A stretch of 64,000 nucleotides of DNA. Source: Felis catus. Taxonomy: Eukaryota. The translations under genes were made by a program, and so were the position numbers. The stretch lies in the NCBI RefSeq assembly GCF_018350175.1, contig NC_058368.1, positions 152,832,001-152,896,000 on the forward strand. The letters run 5' to 3'. Below, piece after piece: positions 1 to 13,102 of this stretch (position 1 is its first letter; every line of letters starts with the position of its first letter). A model generated the notes under the pieces. It saw only the letters and a program-made list of their open reading frames with translations. It made no database searches and had not been told where the DNA came from.

Positions 1-135
1 GACACAGAATCGGAAACAGGCTCCAGGCTCTGAGCCATCAGCCCAGAGCCCGACGCGGGGCTCGAACTCACGGACCGCGAGATCGTGACCTGGCTGAAGT
101 CGGACGCTTAACCGACTGCGCCACCCAGGCGCCCC
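1..135 (-). mobile_element. CanSINE, young feline subfamily (cut by window edge)
   Basis: Reverse complement starts GGGGCGCCTGGGTGGCGCAGTCGGTTAAGCGTCCGACTTCAGCCAGGTCACGATC; CpGs intact. Confidence 0.95.
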
Positions 136-858
136 GAGAGTGTGAGATTCTAATACCAGAGAAGGGGCTATTTCTGGCAGGAAAAATAGTTGTAAAGACT
201 AGGGACTAAGGATGAAACATCATCAGTGGAAACAGCACAGGCTGTAGAGTATATGAATTCAGGGATAATCACATTTCAGAGTGTATGAATTCAAGGATAA
301 AAGACGTTTGTAAGTGAACAGGAAGAATGCCCTGATTCTCACTGGTGTTTCTACATTTGGGTGGGACCTTAAAGTCCACGTAGATCAAAAACTTATTTTA
401 CAAGAAGGAAACAAGACCTAGAGGGATTGCCAGAAGTTGCACAGGGGGAGAAGATTTCCTTCATCTCCTGACTCTATGTCCATTCATTTCTACAAACTTT
501 ATATACTATGTATAATACTGTCAAAAAGTACATGCTCTCTGGATATGAATATAACATATGTTTGTTGAATAAATTTGAAAATTACAGAAGACAAAGTAAA
601 AAATAATCGTCTAAAAATTAACATTTTAGTTTACTTTAACTTAGCCTTTTACCTATTCACACATGTATATTTTTGAAATAAAATCATGGCTATCTTATAC
701 TGCTGTTTTTTTTAGCTATTGTTTTTCACTTATATCGCGTTTTTGTGTTACCCAATATTGCTTAGTACTATGAAGTTTGCACATGCATAACAGCACGAAA
801 TAAAAGTGTACTTAGGTAATGTCCATTAATCCCTTGTGACTTCCTGTGTGTTTTTCAG

Positions 859-1005
859 AATTCATTATATAAGCAAGTGGAAGAAATGGAGCAAGATAGC
901 TTAGTAACCTTGAATGTTGAGCGCTTAAAAGGAACATATGGTCGTATAACCACAGCATGGGAAGCTGACGGAAGTATTAGTGATGTATTTCCTACCTCAG
1001 GAGTG
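859..1005 (+). CDS. ADGRV1: ADGRV1 internal exon (window exon 1, ~human exon 53), 147 nt, phase 0-0
   Basis: tttttcag|AAT TCA TTA...GGA GTG|gtacgt; NSLYKQVEEMEQDSLVTLNVERLKGTYGRITTAWEADGSISDVFPTSGV, Calx-beta type sequence matching ADGRV1. Confidence 0.95.
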
Positions 1006-1623
1006 GTACGTAATTTACAAAATTATAGGAGAGTCACTTCTAAATTATGGTTACTGTTGATGCCTGCCTTATGGATGAAGTGTTTGAGTTTGACCATGTC
1101 AGCCCTGGATTCCTACTAATCACTGTAGAGAGGGATACAATTTAAGATTAGTTTTATTGTGATTTTTGTTAGTTTTTTTCTTTAATACCAAAATTATCTA
1201 TACAAAAGTCATCCCTTTTTAGGTTCAGTACATCAGTTGGCCAGATTGTGGATGTGTTACACTGTCAGAAAGATAAAACTAATTACACTGGAGATGGAAA
1301 TGTTTCAAGATTTGTATAAAATGGAAGCAGTAAATAGGGAATGAATCTATGCAAGATAGTCAGGCGTATGAAAAAGTAGATCAGAATTGCTGAGTGAGAG
1401 TTTTAGTGCCTTAAAAATGTTTTGGCAAATTTAATTGCATTGAGTATTTACTTTTATGGAAGTTACCAAAACTATAAGTTGTATCTATCAGGTTATGTGT
1501 GTTCTGAATTATATTTCACCAATTAATATTTCTTAACATAAACATGATTAAAATGATTTCTAATTTAAATGTATAATAGTATCTTAAGTGTAGACTATAT
1601 TTGGAAGAATTAATTATTTTATT

Positions 1624-1834
1624 CAAGAGCCAATAAACTTTTCCTGTAAAGGGCCAGATGGTAAATATTTTAGACTTATGGGCTGTTATGGTCTCTTTCT
1701 CAGATTCTCAACTTTGCCTTTGTAGCATAATAGCAATGTTAGATGATATATAATCAAGTGAACTTTGCTGTATGCCAGTGAAACTTAATTTAAAAAATGG
1801 ATTTCACCAAAGGGTAGTAGTGCTCTGACCCCTG
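1624..1834. mobile_element. MER58A-like hAT-Charlie DNA transposon relic
   Basis: TGTAAAGGGCCAGATGGTAAATATTTTAG internal motif, GACCCCTG end, perfect 8-bp TSD ATTTTATT (1616-1623 and 1835-1842). Confidence 0.85.
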
Positions 1835-2249
1835 ATTTTATTAATAAAGCTCTTCAGTTTACATCTTCAAGTGCCTTCTGAGGTGGAGAGATGAGCGTCA
1901 ACAAAATGGGCCTGGAATGCTAGTTTGAATGGTTGTAGCTTGTAGTCATGTTGCTAGAGAATAGGGTATAAGGTGGGGAGCAATGGGAAATGACATTCAA
2001 GGAACAAAGAAAGCCCTATCAGAAAGGATTTCAGATGCCTTTTAGCAAATTTGGATTTGACTCTAGACAGTGCAGATACAACAGGAGGAGAGAGATGCTC
2101 TGATTTGTATCTCTTTTTGTCTTTCTCTACCTCTATTTTGGTTCATTGATTGTTAAATCATACATCTATTGTAGCCAAAAGAAATAGCAATCCTGGCAAC
2201 ATTTTTGTAGAGAAAAATGTTTAAACTAGTATGTTACCTTCTTTTATTT

Positions 2250-2474
2250 GTGTACTTATTAAAAAAAATTTTGTTAAAGTTTATTTATTTTTGAGACAGA
2301 GACAGAGCATGAACGGGGCAGGGTCAGAGAGAGAGGGAGACACAGAATCTGAAGCAGGTTCCAGGCTTGGAGCTGTCAGCACAGAGCCTGATGCAGGGCT
2401 TGAACTCGCAGACTGTGAGATCATGACCTGAGCCAAAGTCAGAGGCTCAACCAACTGAGCCACCCAGGCACCCC
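2250..2474 (-). mobile_element. CanSINE
   Basis: tRNA-like head, (CT)n tract, A tail; TSD ACCTTCTTTTATTT. Confidence 0.93.
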
Positions 2475-2832
2475 AACCTTCTTTTATTTTTATAGATTTT
2501 ATTTTTATAGATTTTTCAATATGTTATCTGGGACTTAGACTCCCAGAGAGACTATATACTCTATATTTTAATAGAATGTAGGCTTCAGGATGTGACAATT
2601 TGGCTACAGGTTTTATAAGGTTGAGTTTCAGTAATTGTTTACTTTTTTCTTTTTCCTAAAAGTCTTCCACTTTTAATATGAAAAGAATTTGATTTGTAGA
2701 ATCATATTGTGTTGCTTAAATATCTCTTGTTATTTAAGTTGTGGTTCATATTGAAAGAAAATTTAATCTGATATTCTTACTGCACAGTGATAATTACAAA
2801 ATAAATAAAATCTTCTTTCTTTAAAATTGTAG

Positions 2833-3088
2833 ATTTCATTTTCTGAAGGGCAGGCACTATCTACAATCACTCTGACTGTTATTGCTGATGATGTACCAGA
2901 GTTATCAGAAATTGTGACTGTAACACTCGTTCGTGTTACCACAGAAGGGGTTGAGGACCTATCTAAAGGTGCTACCATTGATCAGAAAAGAAACAGATCT
3001 GTGATAACGACTCTGCCCAATGATTCACCTTATGGCTTAGTGGGTTGGCATGCTGAGTTTCTCTTCATTAGAGTAGCAGAGCCTAAAG
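2833..3088 (+). CDS. ADGRV1: ADGRV1 exon (window exon 2, ~54), 256 nt, phase 0-1
   Basis: ttgtag|ATT TCA TTT...CCT AAA G|gtaagt; ISFSEGQALSTITLTVIADDVPELSE...PNDSPYGLVGW...RVAEPK. Confidence 0.95.
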
Positions 3089-3199
3089 GTAAGTCTTGTT
3101 AAATATTTTTCAGGTTCTAGTAACTTTTATTGGGTAATTTAATTGTAATGTTTACTAGGAATATAAGTCCCTTTGTGTGTGTGTGTGGGGGGGTATTCA

Positions 3200-3447
3200 G
3201 GTGTGCCTGGGGGCTCAGTCAGTTAAGCATCCAACTCTTGATTTTGGCTCAGGTCATGATCTCACGGTTTGTGATTTCAAGGCCTGTGTCTGGCTCCAGA
3301 GCACTGCTTGGGATTTGTTCTCTCTCTCTCTCTCTCTCTCTCTCCCTCTCCCTCTCCCTCTCCCTCTCCCTCTCCCTCTCCCTCTCCCTCTGCCCCTCCC
3401 CTGCTTACTCTCTCTCTCAAACTAAATAAATAAAATTAAAAAAAAAA
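3200..3447 (+). mobile_element. CanSINE with expanded (CT)n/(CTCTCC)n tract
   Basis: GGCTCAGTCAGTTAAGCATCC head, microsatellite at about 3319-3390, A tail. Confidence 0.9.
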
Positions 3448-4145
3448 ATATATATATGTATACACATACATACATATTTTCAGTTTGACAGATCATATTT
3501 AATCTTTTCTACTTTTTATTTATTAAATTTTATGATCATATAATCACTTACCAATGGTGTTACGAGAAACACTTTTACTCTTTTGAGACATTACTATCAT
3601 AATAGAAACGTTAATATTTTGGTAAATCATTGCAGTAAAGGTGACTGGTTTTTATTTTACTTTCCCTTTTTCATCCTTTATTTATTTGTTGTCTTCCCAT
3701 ACTCAGATTTCCTCTACACAGATTTTCAACAGTTATAGGGAACAGTAAGCAACACAGTGAAATGCATATAGTACTCAAGGTATTGTTAAACCCCAAATCA
3801 GTAATTAGAATATTTTTTCTGTGAAGTGTAAGTAATCAGTCCCTATTTCCTTTAAGCTTAGTGCTGAAATCTCTGCCCAAATAACTACTTATATAGGTAT
3901 AAGATACATAGATTTTTTTTAGATAAATGCCATTTGACTTATTTGAACAAATATATTTGAACATATATGATATGTATTTATTTAGAATATGCTGTGTGAA
4001 GGCTCTAAAATTTTCAGACAGGAACATGGACATCTTTCAAGGACCTTTCATTTAGATAGTTGACTGAAAAAAATGACATATAATTATATATCTGGGCGTT
4101 TACATGTCTGTATATATGGGAACAGAAGCAGTAGACTTAGAATAT

Positions 4146-4265
4146 GTTCATTTATTCATTCAACAAACATTTTGAAGCACCTAGGAAGTGCCACAGATTG
4201 TGCTGTGTGTTCTGGAAACAGAGACACAGTCTTAGGTTGTTAGAAACTCACAGACCAGTGAGGAA
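4146..4265 (-). mobile_element. L2 3'-end fragment
   Basis: TTCATTTATTCATTCAACAAACATTTTGAAGCACC signature. Confidence 0.65.
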
Positions 4266-4775
4266 GATTGGTAAGCATTTTTTTGGTCCATTTACAGGGC
4301 AAATTTAATGTTAAAAATCTAAGAAATGAAATAAAAAATAGGTGCTGTGAATACTTTGATCCTTGTGGTAAACACCTGACTATTAGAACAAAATTACTGA
4401 CTGTTTGTCTAATGATTAAGTTATTAAATGATGACTTTGGGTGTTTACTTTTTCATTTTTGAAAAATCTTCACATTTGCAATTAGCACCTCTGTCAACCT
4501 GCACATATGTACTTACCTAAGATTTTCAGCAGTTTTTGTTAAGGTACCTGATAGTGTGCAACATAGGAGGGTGATTAGAGAACCCAAAGTGAGGGTTTAG
4601 AACTGGGATATAATATGATGATTGCCAGTACAACTTTAGGGACAAGGGGGACAAAGCACAAAATCTTCCTTGGGACCATACATTGGGATAGTGCAGGACA
4701 TTCCACGTAAGTGCTTGGGATGATGTCGAACACAAATAGGAAAGGTTATTTACTTGAGGTATGTGTATCTCACAG

Positions 4776-4978
4776 AGAACATCACCGTTCTTCAGTTACC
4801 CATTGTTCGAGATAAAGGACTGTTTGGGGACATTGCCATTCACTTGATAGCTAAACCCAACTTCTTACTGCACATCGATAATCAAGCTACTGAGAATGAA
4901 GACTTTGTGGTACAAGAAACAATAATAATGATGAAAGAAAACATGAAAGAAACTTACATCAAAGTTGCCATTTTGCCG
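4776..4978 (+). CDS. ADGRV1: ADGRV1 exon (window exon 3, ~55), 203 nt, phase 1-0
   Basis: ctcacag|AG AAC ATC...TTG CCG|gtgagt; ENITVLQLPIVRDKGLFGDIAIHL...KVAILP. Confidence 0.95.
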
Positions 4979-6205
4979 GTGAGTTTAGGGTGCAATAAAT
5001 AGGATGTAAAATAAAAGAATATGCTCTTAAAGATAAAATTGTGATGCTCTGGAAGATAAAAATCTTTGAAAAGGTTGCTTTTACATGTAAAATTGTGAGT
5101 ATTCTAATTTTTCCACCCACCCTAACATTTAATAACAGATGACTACTTTTTATAACTGGTAAAAATAATATATTTATTAATGATTTGTGTTTATTTTTGA
5201 ACTGGAATATTGTTTGAATGACCGTTGAAGCATGGAATTTACATTTGATTATATGTTTCATCGCATTCACTGTTTTGCTGGTTAGTTAGTTGTTTTGAAC
5301 TAATGAGTGAATGAATAGAGTGCCTGAATTAATGTGGTTATTTTTATTGTTGGTTTGATAGTACAGTATTTTCATGTCATGATATTATTCAAATCAAGAT
5401 TATTCTTTAGATGATTTAGATCTGGTTTTAGTGCTTTCTCATGTATATAAGAATAAGTGTATATATCTGTAATGATTCACAAGAAACTAAGAGTAGTTAT
5501 TAATGTTATCTGTAATATATATTATCTAATATTGTGTGTGTTATAATCTTATATATTACAGTGTTAACAATAAATATATATTATTAAATAAATATAATGT
5601 TGCATAGTAATATTAGTGTTACTAATTGCAGTATTAGTGGTATTAAATAATAGTGGCCTCTAGAAAGGACATTCTGGGAAAGATGTAAGGGATGAGGCAG
5701 AACGGAAGTTTCCTTTCCTGTTCAGTGTCCATTATTTCTATCTTTGGAAATTTTTTATCACCTATTCCAAAATAAGGTAACAGTTTTTAAAAAGTTAATT
5801 AGAATATAGGATAATATCTAGAGTTGCAAGTCTAGAGCTTTTACTTTTAAGATGTATGTAGCATTTACCATTTCTCCTATATTTGGTGGGGTATTATGTG
5901 CATAAAACATATTTGATAGAATATGATCAAAATTGTGTGGTGGATTTAAAAAAAATATTTGCTAATGAGTATTAGGCTTCAGTTAAAACTTCACTGATAA
6001 GCTTGAATATTCCCTAAGATTCTGAAATTTGTCAGTGGGAATGTGTTAAAATATAAAAGGGAATCTTTTTTATTTGTGAAAAAGGTGCCCATTCCTGTGG
6101 TCAGTCATTTATTCCTTACTGAAAAATAATCAGGCTTCCAAGACAAATTCAGTATATTTTTAAAAATGGAACACATGTCTCTCCTGTTTGCCCCACCCCC
6201 CTCAG

Positions 6206-6382
6206 GATAATGCTCCTGAGTTGGAAGAAGGATTTATTGTCAACATCACTGAGGTGTACCTGGTGAATTCTGACTTCTCTGCAGGACAGCCAAGTGTGCG
6301 GAGACCTGGGATGGAAATAGTTGAGATAATGATTGAAGAAAATGATGATCCCAGAGGAATTTTTAAGTTTCATGTTACCACA
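6206..6382 (+). CDS. ADGRV1: ADGRV1 exon (window exon 4, ~56), 177 nt, phase 0-0
   Basis: ccctcag|GAT AAT...ACC ACA|gtgaga; DNAPELEEGFIVNITEV...EENDDPRGIFKFHVTT. Confidence 0.95.
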
Positions 6383-6507
6383 GTGAGATAAACTTTAATG
6401 TATTTATAGTAATACAGACACTTCTACCTGCTGATTTGCTCAATGTTATATATTTTCTGGAGAGTAATTGGCTTTGCTTATAGACATTTATAAATATCTG
6501 CCTTAAT

Positions 6508-6731
6508 GGGCCCCTGGGTGGCTCATTCAGTTAAGCGTCCGACTTCAGTTCAGGTCATGATCTCACATCTTGTGAGTTCGAGCCCCACATCAGGCCCTGT
6601 GCTGCCAGCTCGGAGCCTGGAGCCCACTTGAGATACTGTGTCTCCCTCTCTCTCTCTGCCCCTCCCCCACTCATGCTCTGTCTCTCTCTCTCTCAAAATT
6701 AAATAAACATTAAAAAAAAAGCCTTTAAAAA
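6508..6731 (+). mobile_element. CanSINE
   Basis: Complete body; degenerate TSD ATAA.TAT.TGCCTTAA. Confidence 0.93.
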
Positions 6732-6943
6732 ATAAGTATGTGCCTTAAAATTTGTCTTATAGACTAATTCTTAATTCTCTTTGTACTAGACCAAGAGGTT
6801 AAGCAAGTATATTTTCAAATTTAAATTTGAAAAGAATTTTGAAAACACCTATTATGCATATTTATATCCGACTATTGATTTCTACTTTGAAGTGTGAAAT
6901 ATAAGAAATGTAAGAAGAAATAATAAATTTAGAAAATGATGAT

Positions 6944-7094
6944 AGGGTGCCTGAGTGGCTCAGTTGGCTGAGTGTCCTGTCTGACTCTTGATTTCAACTC
7001 AAATCATGATCTCATGGTTTATTCGAGCCCCACATCGGGCTCTGTGCTGATAGCAGGGAGCCTGCTACGATTCTCTTCCTCCCTCTCTCTCTGT

Positions 7095-7125
<31 letters not shown>

Positions 7126-7178
7126 TTCTCCCTCTCTCCCTCTCCCCCCCCAAATAAATAAATAAGTTTAAAAAAAAA
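6944..7178 (+). mobile_element. CanSINE
   Basis: Complete body; TSD GAAA.TGATGAT. Confidence 0.9.
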
Positions 7179-7245
7179 GGAAAGTGATGATGACATATAA
7201 GATGTTAATCTTCTCTTGTATTTTAACTATATTCTTTATTTAAAG

Positions 7246-7428
7246 GATTTTGGTGGAGTTATTACTGCCTATGAGGTGCCTCCACCACTGAATATTATTC
7301 AAATTCCTGTAGTCCGGATGGCTGGAAGCTTTGGGGCAGTAAATGTTTATTGGAAAGCAACACTGGATAGTGCTGGCCTGGAAGACTTTAAGCCATCTCA
7401 TGGGATTCTTGAATTTGCAGATAAACAA
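7246..7428 (+). CDS. ADGRV1: ADGRV1 exon (window exon 5, ~57), 183 nt, phase 0-0
   Basis: tttaaag|GAT TTT...AAA CAA|gtatgc; DFGGVITAYEVPPPLN...GILEFADKQ. Confidence 0.93.
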
Positions 7429-8172
7429 GTATGCTAATTACAAATGTATTAGCAATTTTTCGTTGTACTTCAAACATCTTATAGATACCCACCAAATGGG
7501 TGCATTAGTGACTGCTAAATGTATCATACTTTTTGTTTGTATATCAAGCCAAACAGAACTCTTATTAATTAATGTGTTATAATTTATTGGTGGACATAGG
7601 AAGAGAATATAAAGAAACAAAAATCTCACCCTTTTCTGAACTTTCCTACCTCATTTAATTTTAAGGAGAAGTTAAAGGAGGATAATGAATGGCTTAGAAG
7701 TGCCTAAGAATGTAAGAATGTATAAAAAATTGCCTCATGAACTTTGTTATTCCTATAAATTTTAGGTCCTTTTATTCTATTGATTTCTTAATGCTTATCA
7801 ATACAGATAACTTACTTATTTAGGATTTGCACGAAAGTGTGCACATTTTATTACTTAATATCCAGAACTTTTTGTTACAACTAAAAACAAGACTTTTTAA
7901 AATGATAGAGAAGAGACAAAATAATCAAATCTGAAAAATTGAAAAACAGTATTCTAGATTTGGGCCAAAGTATTCTCTAAGAGTTATAAGTTTTGGAAAC
8001 TGGACATTTTGTAATATGATGTATGAAGCCTGATTTTGCTGAGACAGATTTGTACAGAATGCATCAGCCTATTAGTTGCTGCTGAAAAATAAGCATACAG
8101 GTTAGACATCCCTATACATAATGGTCTATTAATATTTGAAATCATGAGTTTTTAACAAATTTAGAACTTCAA

Positions 8173-8242
8173 AGGAGGGAAAGAGAGGGAGGGAAAAAGA
8201 GAGGGAGGGAGGGAAAAGAGAGGGAAAGGAGGGAAAAGAGAG
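8173..8242. repeat. Polypurine (AGGG/AAAAGAG) simple repeat
   Basis: GGAGGGAAAGAGAGGGAGGGAAAAAGAGAGGG... Confidence 0.85.
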
Positions 8243-9299
8243 ATCTTTACACTAACAGTAGAAACAAATACATATATTTTTCATCAAAGTAGCATTCTGC
8301 CTTATATTACTAGCACTTTATTTTGTGCATGAGGTTGAAGGCCTGTTATTTAACAGTACCTTAAGATCATTGTCATTCTTAAAGTTAACATCTTCTAAGC
8401 AAGTATTCTGTATTTTACAGTATAGAGTTGAGGTGCCTACATTTTAATAAGCTTCCATTTTAATATTTGATTTTGTTCAGGTTTCCACTTCTCAGTATGA
8501 ATCTAGATTTCTCACTTTTCTCTTTTATTAAAGGTATTAGGTAGATTTATGTAGAAAAACTTCATTTTCCGGTAAACATCTGTGTCAAAATACTGGAATT
8601 TCCCTCCGAGATACAGAAAACATTTTAAATGTAGAGATACGACTAGAATATTTTTATGACCAGTAGTGAAATCACAAGCTGGGCCAAGTTTTACTTATTT
8701 ATAAGTTATAAAAATGTTTAACATAGACCCAGACAAATGTACGAAATCCTAATCACCAACATTTGAGAACAGAAGAATTGGGTTTTCTTCCTGCCTTTCT
8801 TTAACATTTTAAGAGTGACATTTGAAGCCAAAGGGATTTATTCTAACTCTGAAGACAATGGTAATTTCTATGTTACCATTGTATGTCATGTGATATTAAT
8901 GCTAAGTATACTAATGTTTATATTTGCGAAATGGTTATTAGAGCCTATATGGCATTTTAAATACTTTTGTTCAAGAATCAGGCTTCATTAGTTTTTGTAT
9001 ACATAAATATCACTATATTTTATTACATATGTAATTCCCTTATCTTGAAAATAATAGAGTGTAAATTTCTGATTTGAAATACTAAATAGTATGTATAATT
9101 TTAAAATAGTATTATGAACATAACAGGCCAAAAAATACTATATTTTTGTACTATATTTCTGTCAACTAATAGTTTAAATATATGTGATCAAAAATTGCTA
9201 TTATATTATATCCTCCTTGCCTCTTACCCTCCCTCCTTCCCTTGTTCCCTCCCTTCTTTCTCTCCCTCCTTTTCCTTCTTTCTCCCTTTTCTTTTGTAG

Positions 9300-9479
9300 G
9301 TTACTGCAATGATAGAAATTACCATAATTGATGATGCTGAACTTGAACTCATGGAGACGTTCACTATTTCCTTAATCAGGGTGGCTGGAGGTGGCAGACT
9401 TGGCGATGACGTTGTGGTAACTGTTGTTATTCCGCAAAATGACTCCCCATTTGGAGTATTTGGATTTGAAGAAAAGACT
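9300..9479 (+). CDS. ADGRV1: ADGRV1 exon (window exon 6, ~58), 180 nt, phase 0-0; absent from ORF track
   Basis: cttttgtag|GTT ACT GCA...AAG ACT|gtaagt; VTAMIEITIIDDAELELMETFTISLIRVAGGGRLGDDVVVTVVIPQNDSPFGVFGFEEKT. Confidence 0.95.
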
Positions 9480-9839
9480 GTAAGTTAAATACCAGGGGGA
9501 GGGTGCCTTCCCCTAAGCTAATTATTTTTGTAGATTTAAAAGAAAGATATCTTTCATTTTTTAAAAAACTTTTACCTCTCACTCATGATTTTCTACTCAA
9601 GAGTCCTTGAAGTTGGCTGTTGAATTAAGGGTCAGTCCTCTAATCTGTGTTTGACAGTAACGAGTCATCTAAGATCAGACAATTACAAAGGGGGAAAAAA
9701 AATCTTACTTATTGGGTATCGTAGACCAAGAGTTAGTTTTTGTCCATACGTTTTGTTCTCAGCCTGTCTTGCTACCAGACCACCATCCTGGTCACAAGGC
9801 AAGATCTAAGTGTTACATCCTAGGATACATTTAGTTGGG

Positions 9840-9954
9840 GAGGGATTTACTTTACCTTCCCTTTTGGTACTCAGTCTCATATTGAACAAAACACAGAGGG
9901 ATTTACTTTACCTTCCCTTCTGGTACTCAGTCTCATATTGAACAAACACCACAG
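9840..9954. repeat. 56-bp tandem duplication (2 copies)
   Basis: AGGGATTTACTTTACCTTCCCTT(T/C)TGGTACTCAGTCTCATATTGAACAAA at 9841 and 9897. Confidence 0.95.
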
Positions 9955-10500
9955 TCAACCCAGCTGAAATGTTTCTTTGTATTTGTTCTTTCCTCCCTCT
10001 TACTTCCCTTTGGTTGTCTACTTTCAGGACCTGGAAGAGGGAAGCCAGTTACTATTATCGGTTTAATTGCTAAGGGAGAAAAAAACTTAACCATTTATAA
10101 AGCCAGATTTGGTGACTAATGCTAAATTATCTCTACATCTTAAATATTAAAAAATTGTTAAAACCGTATCACAATTAGTACATGATTTTATATCACCATT
10201 TTTAAGGCTGTCTTTCAAAGGAAATTCCAAGATGAAATAATCATATATTTAGATAATTCTGATATACACAAGTTTTCTTGGTCTATAGGTCACCTTTCCC
10301 TTTATTTGACCACTTATAGATAATTAGTAATTCATAATAGATCATTTTAAATAATAAACAGATTGCTCCCAATGCTCATTGTCTTTACTATTTTGTGGAT
10401 GAAAGGCTAGACTTATAACTTGCCCATTAAGGCTGGGCTTCCCAGATGCTCCAAACTTTAAATATATCCTAATAATTACCTAATGATTACATCATTGAAG

Positions 10501-10719
10501 TTTTTTTTTTTTTTTTTTAACGTTTATTTATTTTTGAGACCAAGAGAGACAGAGCATGAACGGGGGAGGGTCAGAGAGAGGGAGACACAGAATATGAAAC
10601 AGGCTCCAGGCTCTGAGCTGCCAGCACAGGGCCCAATGCGGGGCTCGAACTCATGGACCACGAAATCATGACCTGAGCTGAAGTCGGCCGCTTAACCGAC
10701 TGAGCCACCCAGGCGCCCC
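10501..10719 (-). mobile_element. CanSINE
   Basis: Poly-T tail, complete body; TSD ATCATTGAAGTTTT. Confidence 0.95.
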
Positions 10720-11279
10720 AATCATTGAAGTTTTAATTTCGTAAGAGAATGGGAACCATGAGAGGGACAGGACACACACACTTCTGCTATAGCCTTATGA
10801 GTCTCTCTTTCTTGGGAAATGAATAAGCAGAATTAAGTGTTTGTAAGGAGTGGTAGAGTCACAAGAGTGGTTGTGAATGTTTCCTGAGCAAAATGAAAAG
10901 TCTGGAAAACATAAAACTATTAGTATAAAGAAGAGAGTAAAAAGCATCCATAATGGTATTAACCTAAGATACGGACATCATTAATATTTTTTTATTTCCA
11001 TCTGTGCTTTTTTTCTTTGCATATGTGAAAAGAAACATTTTAATTGATATAAATATAATTCAGTTTTTATAAAATGTCAGTTAACTTCTGAGTTTGGATA
11101 AAAGGTTCAGGGTTTCATTCAAATCTTTAGTGGTAAAACCTTAACATAAATGTTGCTTTTAACTTCGTCATGCTTTTGGACTCCTAGGCATTAAACGGTA
11201 TGTGTATAAGTTTCTCTCACTGTTAGGGAAAATGAAGACTTACATGACTATTCATAAATAACTTTCATTTATTTTATCT

Positions 11280-11510
11280 TAACTACTGTTGTAAACTTTA
11301 GTGCACCCTTGGCCTGAGAACTCATATCTTACTGTAGTGACCTCAAGTTTCCAATTTGTCTTGCAATCTAAAAGTGAGAGTGAGGTCACCCAATTCCTAC
11401 TGTGTTATTTCTCATAAGCCTTGCTGTGAGGAACAAATGAGTTGATATATGTAAAGCACTTACAACTGGGTCTTACACTTAGTAGGTGTCAATTGCTATT
11501 TTTATAATTA
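11280..11510 (+). mobile_element. MIR relic
   Basis: TTGCTGTGAGGAACAAATGAGTTGATATATGTAAAGCACTTA resembles the MIR 3' core. Confidence 0.65.
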
Positions 11511-12639
11511 GTAGTATCAGCAGCAGCTTGTTTTTCAGCCCTTTGTGGTTACTTTTTTATATTGTGTTTCTTACTGCCAAAGGCTCTTGATAACACAAAA
11601 TTTTTTTGTTTTAACATGTATCTAAGATACACAGTATTGTGCATATAGTGAACATTTTGTTAGCATTATTTGATGACAGATTAGATTTAGAAGTCAACAA
11701 TATTGAGGAAAGTTTATTAATATAAATCTGTCAGAACAAATAAGCTGCTCATGAGGGCAATATGGTAAGTATACCAAAGCCCTGGCTCAAGAAATCTCCT
11801 TGTGAAACCGAAGCTACAATGTTATTATCTATGGAAAGAAAAAGGACTTATATATGAATGATAAGTTTATAATGGGTCTCTTCTTTCTCACTTTGCTTCT
11901 TATTTAATATTTCTGTTATCTGAGGGGTGGCATGAATAGCACTGGCTATGGAGTCAGAACATCTGAACCAGAAGAGAAGGCTTCTCTTTTCCATATATGT
12001 GCATATATCCAACCCCCAGATTTCTTAGAGCTTCTGTGAAGCTTAAATAAGATAATGTATATGCCGGAATTGACATATACTAGAAGCTCAATAAATATTA
12101 GTTAGCTCTAAAGGTCTGCTCTTGGAACCATTACCAAATTTCATGAAAAAAAAAAAAAGCAAAACAAATTTGTGTTGGGCACTTAGGTATCTGTCTTGAA
12201 AATGGAAAGCATTGTTTTATATTGTATTTACATAACAGGTGGATATTATAGGCTTAGTTTGGACTTTGCTTCCCCAGTCAGTATATGCAATTCAGTTGAA
12301 CCAGCTCTCTTAATAAGGAACTTGTGTAGAAAATAAATAGTACAGGTAAATTAATGTATTGAATTTCCTTCTCTATTTCTGTCAGGTTAATAAAAACCTC
12401 TTTTAAATTTGGACTTACTCCTGAAGCCAAGACTACACTGTATGTTAAGTAACTTGAAAATAAATAAAAAAAAAAACAAAATAAAACAAATAAATTTGGA
12501 CTTCCTAAAATTGGCAAACTGCAGATAATTAGGAGGACACTTGCAGTCTGTATTATCTGGGGAGCCTGACTCCATTAACAAAGAACCCCTAAATCTTACT
12601 TCCTTAAGATAATAAGAGTTTAGTTTTTTCTTCCTTCAG

Positions 12640-12981
12640 AAGCCCTACATCCATGGTCCTCCCTAAGACCTAGGGACACCTCCTGTCCAACTGGCGTTCT
12701 CAGGCACCCACTTTTTTCCTTCTTGACTCTGTCCTGGTTCCTGGGAGTCCTCACTAGTCACCCAGCACATGGAGAAAAAAGGAATGTGGAATGTTTTGTG
12801 GGAAGTTGATGCAGACTGTTAGGAACGTACTTCACTTCCCACGTGTTACTGTTGGCCAGAATTTAGTCACATGCTCTACCTAATTGCTAGGAGATGAGGA
12901 AAGGCTAGGAGATGCCAAGTAGCAGAGTGTCTAGGACAAAAAGGAAATGGGGTTTGGTGAAGTATTTTTTTTTTCTGCCAC
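12640..12981. mobile_element. MLT1-type (MaLR) LTR relic
   Basis: TTGGCCAGAATTTAGTCACATG...GGAAATGGGGTTTGGTGAA...CTGCCACA; boundaries approximate. Confidence 0.6.
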
Positions 12982-13102
12982 ATGATTGTAACATGCCATG
13001 AACAGAGTTCTGAATTGAAAAGTTTCAGTCTTTGCAAATAGAAATAAGATTGTTTTTCCTGCTCCTTTCTTTTTTCACCTTACTGGATTTTCTTTCTTTT
13101 AG

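Noticed and set aside
246..300. Degenerate 32-bp-period duplication
   Set aside because: Real but old and short, with no functional cue
9840..9954. Direct repeats as a CRISPR-like array
   Set aside because: Two abutting copies without spacers, in a mammalian intron
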